A DNA stretch of 64,000 nt from Eledone cirrhosa (GCA_964016885.1 OZ024740.1:84568001-84632000), one strand, 5' to 3'. Positions 1 through 13,684 are shown, counted from the first letter of the stretch. Numbers and translations: made by a program. The notes: a model not told the origin generated them from the letters alone.

Positions 1-1634
1 GGGAAGGAAGAGGATTTTTTTCTTTTTTGGCTTCTTTTTCTTTTTTTCTTTTTTCCTGATACCGTTTCCCACTCTTCGTCGTCACAATCTGTCTCCAGTT
101 GCGATAGGTCGGGGAGTGGAAAATCCTCCGCAGGCGTTGGTTTAGGTTGTGGCGTGGTGGATGGTGTAGGCGCTGGTGCTAGTTCTGGCGCGTTGGGTGG
201 TGGTGTTGGTTTTGCTACTGTTGTTGGGGTTGTTGCTGTTACAATTGCTTCTGTTGTTGCTGCTACAGTTGTTGCTGCCATTTCTGCTGCTGGTGGTGTT
301 GATGGTTGAGTCACTGGGGTGGGTAAGTGAGGTAGCCTCAACCTTTTAGCCTGAGGGCAGAAAGCCCTTAGGTGGGTTCCTTCGCCACAAACGACACACC
401 TAGGTCTTCTTCCCTCGACGAATACGGTGAGGTGGCTGCCGTCATAGAGGTCTATTACCTCTGGGATCTCCTCAATGCTTTTTTGGTCCGCTTGGGTCAG
501 GAGCTCCATCCCAGATCCGAACCAGTTCTCCTGCTTTTCTTTCGCTATTTCGATTATCTTGGTGTTGGCCTCGATGCCAGCGAAGACGGCAGCCATTAGC
601 CAGGGAATTTCGATAGCCGGTGGAACGTGGGTCACCCTGATCTTCACGAGTCTCTGGCCACAATAGCTTGGGACGAGTGTGAAGTCGTCACTTCTTAATG
701 GGCTCATGGAGTGTTCTCTAGCCTCCTCTGATGTTTCAAAGAACACGTCTACGGTTCCATACGTCTGCCCACGTCTGATGTGGGTTTTTCTTTCCCACAC
801 ATGTCCCAAAGCTTTTTGGATTTGGGACTCGGATGCCCGTTCCACTCGGCGCGATTTTATGTTAATCGTCCGATAAGACATGGTGCATAGGCGCCGATGC
901 TCCATTTTATTAGGTGGGGGCTGAGTCTGACCCTGTACCCTTCTTTCTTTACCATTCTCTTGGCTTCATCTAGTTCCTCCTGAGTTACCTGGATTGCTTC
1001 GCACTTTTTTGCTACTCTGGCAAAAGACAGAGTGGTTTTCTTATTCTTATTGTTGTTATTGCTGTTGTTGTTATCGTTATTTTTGTTATTGTTATTTTTA
1101 GTTTCAGTTGTAGTGGTGGTGGCGTCAGTGGTGTTCGGTGTAGAAGAGTCCATTCTAGTCCATTCTGGGTGAATCCATTTCGATATCACGAGATAATTTA
1201 TTTTTTCTTTTGTTTCTGTTGTCGCTGTGGTGGGGGTGGGGTGGCTGCTTCAACACCTGTAGTCATTGGTAATGGCGGGAAATGAATGTTTGCATGAGAC
1301 AAATTTAAATTATTGCTACTTCTTATATTTTTAGTGTTGGCAAACGTAGTAACATTTACAATGGTGGTGTCGGTGTGAGGTGTTATTTTGTGAGGAAGGT
1401 GTGACTGTGAGTTGTCCATGATTTTTTCAAAGAAATTTTTGTTTGATAATTATAAAAGTTTAAATTTTGGGCTCAAGACCCCAATCATTTTGAGTGTCCT
1501 TTTCAGAAAACAATGTATGTGCACTTATATACAGTTAACAATAAAAAAAATGTCCATAAATGGCAATTTTAAACAACTGAAAACAACAAACCTTTGCGGA
1601 ACTCACGATAATACGATTTCCTACGTAAGTCGCC
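1..1634 (-). mobile_element. Tx1-clade LINE, subfamily B, 5' part (5' UTR plus disrupted ORF1), running off the window start
   Basis: The reverse complement matches the copies at 36511 and 44900 (5' end GGCGAC(T/C)TACGTAG, ORF1 pieces LSFARVAK and the zinc knuckle CVVCGEGTHLRAFC). The 5' end abuts (ATT)n at 1635-1700. Confidence 0.9.
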
Positions 1635-1655
1635 AATAATAATAATAATTATAAC

Positions 1656-1700
<45 letters not shown>
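1635..1700. repeat. (AAT)n microsatellite flanking the Tx1 5' end
   Basis: Read directly from the sequence. Confidence 0.95.
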
Positions 1701-1701
<1 letters not shown>

Positions 1702-2476
1702 GGGAAGGAAGACACACGTGGTGGATAGAAAGTCGTGAAATCGCTCCTGTAAGTTTTGAATTTTTAACATATTTAAATCATTTGTGAAATAACAATTCTT
1801 AGTACAAATGTTACGTAAAGCATCTGGCTTGAGCCCCAAAAAAATTCGGACCCAAAATATATTGTTATAAGGCTCAAATATTCAACTTTGTATTGTACAT
1901 TGTATATTCAAAAAAGAAAATGGCTATAAATGGAAGAAGAAGAACCCCCCCCCCTCCTCTGTCTACACTATATAGAACAGCCAAACAACAGCAATTTCAC
2001 CAACACCAGAAACTAGATACACCACCTACCCCATCACCCCTCTATGTACACTAAACACAACAGCCAGATAACGGCAACTTCACCACCACCACAACCAATC
2101 TCAACATAATAATAATAATGATAATAATAATTACTATTATTATTGTCCCAAGTTTTAACAAAATGTTTAATTCCAACATTAAGGGAATTTATGTCAACAC
2201 ATGTACGCGACTAACCCCATAGATTCACCGAACGGACATCAGTAACGACAACGCCATCACTACAGTCACCGCCGCCGCCGCCCATCCATCATTACTACCA
2301 CTATCCCATCACCGCCACCACCTCTCCTTCATTGCTACCACCGTTACCCCCCCCCCCCCACTACCTTCTGTTAACTTACGAAAGGGGAGGATGGCGATAT
2401 CACTAGACAATATTGATAAACAAGATTAATATTTAATTTTGGATCAGGAATGTTGGAGTTGAAAATGGCAAAATGA

Positions 2477-3132
2477 CTAAACGACTACTTATTATTTCAC
2501 CACCAATACCACCACCACTGCCACGATGAAAACTCTGGTCAAATCGACTCAAATTTATACCCCAACTACAACACCATCACTACAGTAATACGACCACTTC
2601 ACCACCACTACTAAACGACTACAGATTACTATTTCACCACCAATAACACCACCACTACCACGATGAAAACTCTGGTCAAATCGACTCAAATTTATACCCC
2701 AACTACAACACCATCACTACAGTAATACGACCACACCACCACCACTACTAAACGACTACAGATTACTATTTCACCACCAATAACACCACCACTACCACGA
2801 TGAAAACTCTGGTCAAATCGACTCAAATTTATACCCCAACTACAACACCATCACTACAGTAATACAACCACACCACCACCACCACTGCCTCAGTATCGCT
2901 ACCGCCGCTATTCTCTCCCACTGCCTCCTACTGGTTGCTGCTAGCACAGCACCACCACCACATTGTAGAATTCCTACTAAAAGAGGACACCATCACTACA
3001 GTAATACGACCACATCACCACCACCACTGCCTCAGTATCGCTACCGCCGCTGTTCTCTCTCCCACTGCCTCCTGCTGGTTGCTGCTAGCACAGCACCGCC
3101 ACCACATTGTAGAATTCCTACTAAAAAAGAGG
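2477..3132 (+). repeat. Composite tandem repeat: about 3 x 135-137 bp units followed by 2 x about 140 bp units
   Basis: CTAAACGACTAC recurs at 2477, 2611 and 2748. ACCACTGCCTCAGTATCGCTACC recurs at about 2881 and 3024. Confidence 0.85.
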
Positions 3133-3399
3133 AAGGCATCAAAATATATAGATAGACTCAAAAGAAAAAACAAAGATCAAAATCAAAGCAGCACAGCAAC
3201 AACAACAAAACAAATAAACAAAAAAAAAAAAACAACGTAAAGAAAATAAGAATGAAGAGAGAAACAAACGGACGGACAGAGAAAGGAAGGGAAAAACTAA
3301 GTCAGACATTCGAACACTACATTACAATGAAACTTATGCTTATTCATTTTTGGGGCTTTTTCTGCCTGTTTGTTTGTTTGTTTATTTGTGTTCGTCTAC

Positions 3400-4705
3400 A
3401 GCGTGATAATGCCACACAAGAGCCACGTGGAGCGACGCAACCACCGGAGACGGTGAATCCACCGGTGGTTATGTAACCATACATTCGCCAATCCTCGATA
3501 AGAGTGTTTAAATGTCGAACCTAAACAGTTCGAATAACGGTGAAATGGAGACTAGAACGTCATGTGACAGACTCTCACCCAACAGGTGCTCCCTGGCTCA
3601 GCAGCAGGGACCTGGCTGTCAACCAAATACTGCTGGTGTCGGAGGAAGAAGAAGAAGGAAAGGGACCAGAACCAACTGGACGAAAGAATTGAATAGAACT
3701 GTTATGCAATGTTACCTGAAAAGTAACCCCAAGGAGGGGGCTATAGGAAACGAATGCATAACATCTGGAACGAGATTGGTCTATTTAAATTAGATGAACA
3801 AAAATTGGCCGGGCAGGCTCGGGTAATAAGAACTAATGGGTGGATAAGCGAGCTGGAACTGGAGGAACTGAGCAGAGAGATTAGCTTGGAGATGGAGGGT
3901 GGAGTATGCCAGGCAGACGAGCCAGTGGGAAATGAAGGTGAAGAGGTCGAGAGAACGGAGGAACCACCCGAAGCAGACAATGATCTGAATACTGAGATAA
4001 ATAATACCTGGAACAGAGATACGGCCACTGAGGAGATGAATGCTGACGGGCTAGGACAAGATTTGGTTGACATCCTAAATTTAGTGGTAGATGAATTGAA
4101 CAATGATAATGGGAGATCTATGAACCTAAGATTTGTAGACAGGAAAAAGTTAAAAGAAACAACAGCTAAGGTAAACAAAGTCATCCCATACCTTGAGGCG
4201 AGGAATCTTCACCAGTGCAACAATATCCTCAAAGCAACAGCAAATACGGTGAGGAAACTACTTGGTATAAAAGCGAGAGGAAACAACAGACAAGAAAGAG
4301 CAAAGCCTTGGTGGAAGAAACGACTGAGTGGTCAAATCAGGGAAATGAGAAATGACATTGGAAAGCTTGAGTCCCTACTGAATGGGACACTAAAAAACAT
4401 AGACACTAAAAACAGGCTGGAAATAAAGTACAAAACTAGGAGGAAAAAGCTAAATATTATCATAGAGGAACTGAAGCAACGCATTGTAGCAAAGAGTGCA
4501 AAAATCAGGCGATACGAGAACAGAGTCAGTCAGTATAAACAGAACCGCATGTTCGACAACAACCAGAAGATGCTGTTTGGACAGCTTGGGAGGAAAGAAA
4601 GAGGCAACGACTTGATCCCTGGGGTGGAACAAACTAAAGCATTCTGGAGAGGAATATGGGAGCAGGATGTTAGACATAATGACCAGGCAGTGTGGATTGA
4701 GACAG
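3400..4705 (+). mobile_element. R4/Dong-clade retrotransposon, N-terminal part only (family 1)
   Basis: ORFs 3512-3793 and 3754-4725 carry Dong-like N-terminal motifs (WTKELNRTVMQCY, EQKLAGQARVI, PWWKKRL, FWRGIWE). The piece stops at a TAA-rich junction. Confidence 0.75.
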
Positions 4706-4725
4706 TAATAAATAATAATAAATAA

Positions 4726-7713
4726 TAAAATGAAGACAATGAGATCGTAAATGATAAAGAAATGAATGAGAATGAACTTGCCAACTTGAAGGATGAAATT
4801 ATGATCGAATGGATGAGAATGAAAGAATCTGACATGGGGGAACGAGACACTCTCCCTAAGATCCAGAACTCCAAACAGAACCAAAAGATAATACACAAGA
4901 CTAACATAATTCTCAAAAACATTATCATCACAAACAAACTAAACATTACTGATTTAAATCATCTCTATTATGCATCGGCTAAAGTCACCACTCACTTATG
5001 TGGAGTGAAAATGAAAAAACAAAGGAATTCCCACAAGAAACCTACTTGGCAAGAGAACATCAATCGTCAAATAAACCTTCTCCGATCTGACATAGAAATT
5101 TTAACAAACTACAAAGTAGGTGAACATGTTAAACAAACTAAACTTAGAACATTGCAAAAAAAAATACAGTATAAAATCAACAAGTGACATAGACATGCTG
5201 ATAGAAATAATCAAGCAAAAAGTGTCGGCCAAAGCTGCTCGTATAAGGCGCTTTGAAAAACGATCTAGATTCTATAAGGACAATAATATGTTCAAAAACA
5301 ACCAAAGAAACTTCTACAGAAAAATTGGCAAGTCACCAATAACTGCTAAATCAATACCACCCAAGGAGGAAGTGCAAGAATTCTGGGAAAAGATCTGGGC
5401 CGAAGAAAAAGTTCATAATATACATGCCCCATGGATAGACAGACAAATGAAAGATACAGCTCACCTTGAGGAACAAATATGGGAAAATCTAACAGTTGAA
5501 CAGTTGCGTTTGGCTCTTAGAAAAACCAGCAAAAGGAAATCCCCAGGAAAAGACAAAATACCAAGTTTTGGATAAATGCCTTCACAGAGTCTCATGAGCT
5601 GTTAGCCCAACTTTACAATGAAATAGTTAAGGAGCCAGAAAAGATACCATCATGGCTAGTTAACGGCATTACATTCCTGCTTCCGAAGAATGATGAGACA
5701 AACAATCCCAAAAATTACAGACCGATAACTTGCTTGACCACAATGTATAAAATTTTAACATCAGTCCTAACTGAATATACATATGACCACCTGATAACAA
5801 ATGACCTATTTCCCAATGAGCAGAAAGGGTGTAAACGAGGCTCATATGGCTGTAAGGATCAGCTTTTGGTTAACAAAATGATACTGGAAGATTGTCATAA
5901 TAGACACAAAAATCTATCAATTGCTTGGATAGATTATAAAAAAGCATTCGATAGTTTGCCAAACAGTTGGATTGAAAAATGTTTAGAGATTTTCAAAATA
6001 TCCCCCGTTGTCAGGAGGTTCCTGTCATTCAGTATGAAGACATGGAAAACGACACTCCTTTTGAATAGTGAAACAAAATCACTGGAAGCTGGAGAAGTTA
6101 ATATTAATTGTGGAAGGGTTCAGGGTGACTCTTTATCACCACTTTTATTCTGCATCGCACTTATACCATTAAGTAAAATGCTCAATGAAACAAAACATGG
6201 ATATAAAGTCTATGACAAAACCATTAATTACTTGTTCTACATGGATGACCTGAAACTATTTGCAAAAAATGATGAACAATTGCAAGGGCTATTATCCACT
6301 GTGGAGTAGAATTGAATGCAAGGAATAGGATCGATGCCATAAACACGCTTTCCATACCAGTAGTAACCTACAGTTACAATGTCATCAACTGGTCAAGCAC
6401 AGAGATCCGTAGGCTCGATACAAAAATTAGAAAATTCTTAACCATGCACAGAATGCATCACCCTAAGGCAGATACAGATAGAATATATCTCCCTAGGAAA
6501 GAAGGAGGGCGTGGGTTAATCCAGTTAGACATTGCGTTGAAAACTGCAACAATTGGATTATCTACATATCTAAGGGAATCACATGATTGGATGATCAAAC
6601 TCGTTTGAAACACGAAAGCATCAAAAGATCATATTCCATTACAAAAGATGCACAAAGATACAGTAATGGACTACAAATTTCAGAAGTCCCATTTACTGCT
6701 GAAATGGAAAACACAGAAAAAGCAAAGCAGGTAAAAGTAACTGCAAAGAAAGAACTGCTACAGAAACTGGCTAAGAAATGGCAAGAAAAGCCTCTGTATG
6801 GAAAATACCCAGAAAGAGCTAACAATCCTGATGTTGACAAAACTTTAACCCATCAGTGGTTGGCATCCTCTGGACTGAAATCGGAGACTGAAGGACTGAT
6901 TATAACAGCACAAGATCAGTGTCTGCCTACAAGAAATTACCAAGCTAACATAATTAAAAATGGATGCAACCCATTATGCTGTGTATGTAAAAAACAACCA
7001 GAGACCATTGATCATATAATTTCAATGTGCAGTCCTATAGCTCCAACCGAATACCTAAACAGGCATGACAGAGCTGCACGATACATACATTGGATAATGT
7101 GTAAGCATTTTGACCTGCCTCATCAAAAGAATTGGTGGGAGCATCAACCACCTCCCATACTTGAAAAATATCACATCTCAATCTTGTGGAACTTTAGCAT
7201 CCAAACAGACCGAAAAATAGATGCAAACAGACCTGATATAATACTGAAGGACTTTAAAAAGAGGGTATGCCTGCTAATTGATATGTCCGTTCCAATAGAC
7301 AAGAATGTATCTATAAAAACATTTAAAAAATTGAGCAAGTATAAGGACCTGGAGATAGAAATTGGAAAAATGTTGAAATTGAGAACTAAAACAATACCAG
7401 TAGTTGTAGGCGCTCTCGGAATGATACCTAAGGGGTCTAATGATTACTTATCGCAAATCCCAGGAAACCCGCGTATAGGAGAAATACAAAAGATAGTACT
7501 AATGGGGACTGCCTATATACTAAGGAAGATTCTGTCAATATAAGTACATCACAAGTCTAAACACCTAAAGATGCATGCGTGTGTATGTATGTTCTTTCTT
7601 GAACATGGCCGACCTTGTTGTCTCTTGAGGTCACTGGTTGTGAGTTGGTGACAACTCGTATGAACATAAAGCAAGATAAATGCAACTATAATAATAATAA
7701 TAATAAAAATAAT
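4726..7713 (+). mobile_element. R4/Dong-clade retrotransposon (family 2), 5'-truncated, RT plus CCHC plus restriction-like endonuclease, decayed, with a (TAA)n tail
   Basis: Motifs NYRPITCL, WIDYKKAFDS, QGDSLSPLLF, YMDD, CxxC...H...C, RHD, NRPDII...LIDMSVP and KYKDL. Frameshifts at about 5160, 5570 and 6600, an internal deletion at about 6305, and a TAA tail at 7689-7713. Confidence 0.88.
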
Positions 7714-8522
7714 GCTTTCTTTATTAACCACAAGGGTTTACACAAATTAAGACATTAAGGAGAATACAGGACAATACAGGACGGTACAAATGGGCATTTC
7801 TGCGTGTAAAAATACAAAAACAGAGAATGTAACAGAAAAGAAACAATGAAAAATGTCCCAATAGAGGGGGAGACTTCCGAGGGCCATAGTGAAGAAAGCC
7901 CATTAAAAAAGCCACGGTGACCCTGACCACCAGGGCAAGTGCCTTCTCCCAGTTTTCCACCTTCAATTCACAGGCACATACTCAGAGTAGGCCCATTCAC
8001 TCGGGCCATTATTGCCTCTCTCACCCATCTTTCAACAAAATGCTGGGAAGGCAGCACTTCCCTCTTCACCCTGATTTTCCTTTTCAGGTAAAGCCTGAAG
8101 AAGTTAATGAGGGCGTCACCGAAGAGGAAAGTACGCACCTTCAACCCTTTCAGACGTGTCGACCATATGACCTCTTTTACCATGGCCACCGGGCAGATAA
8201 AAACTTCCTGCCCTTCCCGGCCAAAGGAAGGCGGCAAGGCAATCCTCACGATGGACTCAGCTGATAGCAGGATCCGTCCTACACGTGACAGCACGTGCTC
8301 GACATAAACCCACAAGCCATCAATGCTCAGATACTGGACGAGTGCGTGCAGGACGGTTTCGTGACCCTGCGCGCATCTCGGACAGGGTGGCTGACGACAC
8401 TTCCATGACTATAGAGTTTATCCCGAACTGGCAAAGCTCCTCGGTAGCACTGTCAGGCCAGGAATTTCTGGAAGTTGTCCATGGGCCTCGGCTCCAAAGT
8501 TCTCCCGAAAAGAGTGGCTAGT
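7714..8522 (-). mobile_element. Tx1 subfamily B, 5'-truncated 3' fragment
   Basis: ORF 7968-8315 closely matches the ORF2 C-terminus at 49907-50374. The 3' UTR ends AACCCTTGTGGTTAATAAAGAAAGC(ATT)n. Confidence 0.9.
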
Positions 8523-8716
8523 TGATAATAACGGTTTCTACTTTTGGCACAAGGCCAGCAATTACCCAGTACATTACTGGTACTTTATTTTATCGACCCC
8601 GTAAGGATGAAAGGCAAAGTTAACAGCAGTGGAATTTGAACTCAGAATGTAAAGGGCCATAACTCTATACTACAAAGCAGGGTGTCGGACACTACCGGTA
8701 CTGCCAATCCACTGCC
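8523..8716 (-). mobile_element. tRNA-derived SINE (ATT-tailed family)
   Basis: A-box-like TGGCAGTACCGG, B-box GAGTTCAAATTC, body GGGGTCGATAAAATAAAGTACCAGT, and 3' end GGCCTTGTGCCAAAAGTAGAAACCGTTATT. Confidence 0.85.
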
Positions 8717-8738
8717 TTTTAATAATAATGATAATAAT

Positions 8739-11700
8739 GGTTTCATTTATTGGCCACAAGGGCCGACATATAGGTGACAATACAGTAGAAGGGGGCAGTG
8801 GGAGTTTTACACAAAAGTCGAGTAAAAATAGGAAAGCAATAACAAGAAACAAGAAAGATACAACAATTAAAATTCCCTAATAGGGGGGATAACCATCCAG
8901 GGGTGAGTCAGGTACCCCACCAATCCTGAACCACACGAGGCTTCGGGGGCACCCGGGAAAGGCATCCCTCTCCTTCTCAAATTCACCAGCCTACAGCTGT
9001 ATGATCAGAGAAGGCCCACTCACACGGGCCATTCTCGCCACATTCACCCACCTTTCAGCAAATGTACGGGGGGGAGCAGCACTTCTCTCTCCACCCTCAC
9101 CTTCCTTTCCAAGTGAAACTTGAAAAGTTTGATGAAGGATTGGCCGAAGCGTCTGTGTTCAGTCATTTCAACCTGGTCTACCATACAACCTATTTCGCTG
9201 CTGCCACCAGACAGAAGAAAATTACCTGTCCTTCCTGGCCACAAGAAGGCGGCGGGTCGATCTTCACTATGGACTCGGCCGATAGCTAGATCCGTCCTAC
9301 ACGCAAAAACAGCTGTTCGACATAACTCCACAAATCAGTAATGCACGGACACTGGACTAGTGCGTGCAGAATGGTTTCGTCGCAATGCGCGCTTCTCGGG
9401 CAGGTCCGTCTGACAGCACTTCCGTTTATCTCAAACCGGCAGTGTTCCCTGGTAGCACTGCCAAGCGAGGGATTTCTGGAAGTTACCCATCGTCCCCAGC
9501 TCCAAAGTTCTCCGGAACAGACTGGTTAGATCGACTTCGTCGACGTCCAGGTCCGCTCCAAGTGCCTCGTCGCACACTCCCACCACTAATCCTCTATAGA
9601 ACTCGAGAGTGGCAGTTCCACTGACCGCATTGCCTACTTGATAGAGAGCAGTGAGTGCCTGGCAACATTCCAGATGCCAGTCACCCAGTCTCGGTCTCTT
9701 CTTGACACAGGACTGCAGCTCAGTCGAAGAGACGAGCTGTGGAAAGGCTCGTCTGACAAACGACGACCACACCTGTTCACCATTTAGGCAGAATATCAGG
9801 AGATGCCGCAACTTCAGCGCATGTCTGCGCATCTTTAGCCACGGCATGCCCAGTCCTCCACGTAGAGGGTGCTGGCAGCAGATGGACCGCCTCACCAACC
9901 GAACCCGTCCCCTCCAGAAGAATTTAAAAAGGAGCCGTTCCAACTTGGCGAGGTGCGAACGGGGGCAAGGCACAACGGTCCGCTACCTCCGCCCAACCTT
10001 TCAGTGATAGCTTCCTCACAACCCATTTCTGGGTGAGACTGGCTACCCTGCTCTTCACCTCGTCCCAATTCTTATCCACCGAAATGTCTTGTTCTCGTCT
10101 TTCCTTATCAGCGTCACTACACTCCAGATCACAAAACTGGGAATACTCCGTTCTGCTGCCAGTTGCAGTAGAGAGCTTCGGGGAGATCGGAGAACAAGTC
10201 TGACATATTTACATAAACCTCGAGGACAAACCAACCAAACCGGGTGGGTTGCGCCTCGTATAGCCGATAAGGGGCATCCTCAATTTCGGCTGAAGTTATC
10301 AGCCTTTTACAGCGCTCAGCGTCGGCCGTCGAGAGGCGCGGCAAGCCGTTGAGGTAGGGACTGAAGTCCGCTACCGTCTCTGACCCGCCACTTCCCCCGA
10401 ACAACCGAGAAAGTGCTGGCGAAAGGCCTTACACATTCGCCTGGAATCGCTCAGCTCGTGACCGTCTCGGTCCGTCAAATACCGAATTGTGTTTTTATTA
10501 CCACGTTGTGCCTCTGTCAGGCGGATCCAATGAACAGCTTTGGTTCCCTTGTTTCTCAGAGCACGCGCCTTAGCTCTGACAATGCAACCTTTGTGTTTCG
10601 CATTGAAGAAATGGTCTAATGCCATTTTCGCCGCTAACACGTCCGTTGCAATGCCACTACAAATAGCCTCGTCTAACTTAGCTACCAGCTCCCCCTCCTT
10701 TCTATTTTTCTCTAACGCTACTTCTTTGCTAAACCCTATCGAAATTACTCTAATCTCTGTTTTGAGATTCTGGTTTCGCTGACGGCAATTACATCCATTT
10801 CTAGAGACCTGAGGTCGTTGAACAGGTGGCCTTGCTTCCAGGGCGACCCCAGGCATCGAACAATTAAACTTTCCACTCTTAATATGGCCATATTGGGAGG
10901 CTAAAAGAGAGAGGAAAGGTTTACTTATCTCCCGGGGTCTTGCGAAGGTCGGGTGGTTCGACCTCCATTGTTGGTAAGGTTTCTTTTGGCAACCCCTTTA
11001 AAAGTCTGGATGTGGGTTTTACGTTCGGGGTTCCCACGTCCCGAGGAAAGCTCTCTTGAATTCCTTTGTAGGAATCGAGTGACACTAGAAACCAATCTTC
11101 TGGCACGTGAAATGTGTTCGATTCAAAAATTTCCTTACTCTGTTTGAATTTCTTTACTTCGTTCTACGAAGGCCATCAATTCCTTGTTGGCTCTTATGAC
11201 AAGCACGAAGTTTTGTATGTTTTGTTGGTGCGCTTTTATTTGTTTGCGTGACTGTGGCAGTGATGGTTTTGTTGGTGTTGTAAGTGCGGTGTCTGTATTT
11301 TCAGTTGTTTGTGTGTGTATTTGTTCTTGTGTCTGTTTAGGTTGTTTGCGTTTGGGGAATTCTGGTGATGGTGATGGTGGTGTTGATGTTCATGTTTTGG
11401 GGAAGATGTTTGCGTGAGTGGTGTCTGCATTTTTATTGTGGGTGTTTTCGTGCTTTGTGGAGTTTATTTTTCTTTGTGTGTTTTCTTTTTTGCTTTTTGG
11501 TTTTTCTTCATCTTCACTACTGGAAGATAAGGGGTCTGTGGCTGTGTATGTGTTTATGTTTTTGCTCATGTGTGTATTTTGGGGGGGAATGGGAGAGCTT
11601 TCCTCGTTTCCCCCCTGGGTGACCAATGTTGGTGGTGGCGTTTCCATTGGTGTTGTTGCTGGTGGTTTTGCTGTTGGTGTTGGTGGTGGCCCCGGCATCG

Positions 11701-12758
11701 ACAGCAGTAGAGGTCTTCTCCCCCTTGTACATTTCAGCAGTTGAGGGAAGAAGGCTCGCAAATGGGCTGTTTCTCCGCAAACGAAACAATGCGGCCTTTT
11801 TCCCTCAGTCATTATATGTACCACCGTCCCGTTCTGGAGACGGATGTGGTCAGGGATTGTTTTTACATTCTCGGGCCTGATCTGGAGAAGTATCTCCAGG
11901 TCAACCCAGGACCACTCCTCCCTGGCAGTCCTTGTAACCGCTATCTAGAGGGTATCCGTCCCCTCTACAATCACACATCCCATGAGCCACCACATATCAA
12001 GTCCTGTTGGAATCCTGGGAATGCGGACACGAGCCGTTCGTTTTCCCATGTGGAAGGGGTACATAATAACCTTGCTGGTTTTGCAAGGGGTCATTGCATG
12101 TTTCATAACAAGGGCTTCTGACTTAAACAGCACCGAAATGGTGCCGTATTGTCTTCCCCTCGCTATATATTCGGTCTCATCCCTGATGCACCACAGCACG
12201 GCTTCAATATCTGCCTGGGAAATTAAAGCCGCCCTTTTTGTTTCTGCTGAGATGCATCTAAAATGCACCGTTCTATGCTCCACTGCATCAATGGCTTCTA
12301 TCGTGAGAGTTAAGTTGGCCCAGGTTTGCTCTTGTTTGATGAGTTTTCGGGCCTGTCTTTTGGTTGTCGCTGTTAATACCGTGGTTGGTGTTGTCATTTT
12401 TTTTGTTAAGTTAGTGTTCTCACCGCTGCTGTTGTTTCTGTTGTTGATCATGTTGGTTGTGGTGGTGTATAAGGTATAAATTTTTGTGTTCGCCGTATCA
12501 CTCCTCTCAATATTTAAGCCGCTGTCACACGACAGCAGACTTACCGTTGGTTTTTTTTTCGATAATTTTTGTTAAATACACAAAGTACAAATAATTGGGC
12601 CAAAAGGCCCAAATGTTATAGCGTCTCCCCTTCACAGAGCAAAGACGGAAGTCTAACGAACCTTTTCACAAAATGCAACAATTATTACAAATGAAAATAA
12701 ACTGAAAATTTACCATTTTTACGGAGCTCCAAAAAGACGTCTACACTGTCTGACAGCC
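8739..12758 (-). mobile_element. Tx1 subfamily C, both ends present but with large internal deletions in EN and RT
   Basis: ORF1 pieces include the knuckle CFVCGETAHLRAF. ORF2 starts MAILRVESLIVRCLG at 10891, and the C-terminal HPLRGGLGMPW...NFQKSLAWQCY is present. The 5' end is (ATT)n|GGCTGTC and the 3' end runs into (ATT)n at 8720-8738. Confidence 0.88.
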
Positions 12759-12953
12759 AATAATAATTGTTTCTACGTTAGGCACAAGGCCAACATTTTT
12801 TTTTTTTTTTAATGGAGAGGAAAGTCGATTAAATCGACCCCAGTGCATTACAGCTGCTTTATTTAATCGACCCCGTAAGGATGAAAGACAAAGCTAACTT
12901 CGGCGGGATTTGAACTCAGAACGTAAAGGGACGTAACTATATGCCGCAAAGCA
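12759..12953 (-). mobile_element. tRNA-derived SINE (ATT-tailed family), 5'-truncated
   Basis: Same body and 3' end as 8523-8716. Its ATT tail directly precedes the Tx1-C 5' end. Confidence 0.85.
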
Positions 12954-13513
12954 TACAAGTGATTGACGAGGGTGAATAAACTTTAAAAGCGCATACGATA
13001 ATGTTCCACATTCCTGGATCCGTAAATGTTTCCAAATATACGGAGATTACATTGCAAGTTTACTAGAAATAGTATGTAAACCTTACATGAAGATATTTTA
13101 ATTATTACAGCTATTAATAGAAATACAATGAAAGTATTAGAAAGAAAACCGGGACGAAATGGGTTAGTATGTACAAAATTTGCTATTTGAAAAGCTTCTT
13201 GTCTAAGTTATTCAAGTGAAATATTATGCATCAAAAAGAAATCAATATATCATACAAACACATGAAATCGGATACCATATATTTTAAGTCATAATCATAA
13301 ACTGAAATGAAAAAAGGCAATTGAAATATTATATCTTTCGTTTCCTGTAGTACAATGAGATGTACTCCCATTGGTGAAGTGCCTGTGAGCGACTTGGATG
13401 TAAATGACGTCAATTAGATACGAAATAGACACATAAACAACATCCATTTAAGAAAAGAAAATACATCAACATATATACCGATATGTAAAACAATATTTAT
13501 AATGTTTATTTTT

Positions 13514-13514
<1 letters not shown>

Positions 13515-13544
<30 letters not shown>

Positions 13545-13599
13545 GTATGTAGGTATGTATGTAAGCATATATATATGTATGCATATATGTGTGTGTGTG

Positions 13600-13659
<60 letters not shown>

Positions 13660-13684
13660 CATGTATGTATACATGTATGTATGT
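13515..13684. repeat. (TA)n/(TG)n/(TATG)n compound microsatellite
   Basis: Read directly from the sequence. Confidence 0.95.

Noticed and set aside
2477-2880. CRISPR-like array
   Set aside because: The units are repeated in full with no unique spacers, there are no cas genes, and the context is eukaryotic.
3400-3500. HDV-like ribozyme at the Dong 5' end
   Set aside because: A hairpin (AACCACCGG/CCGGTGGTT) is present, but I could not assemble the nested double pseudoknot by eye.
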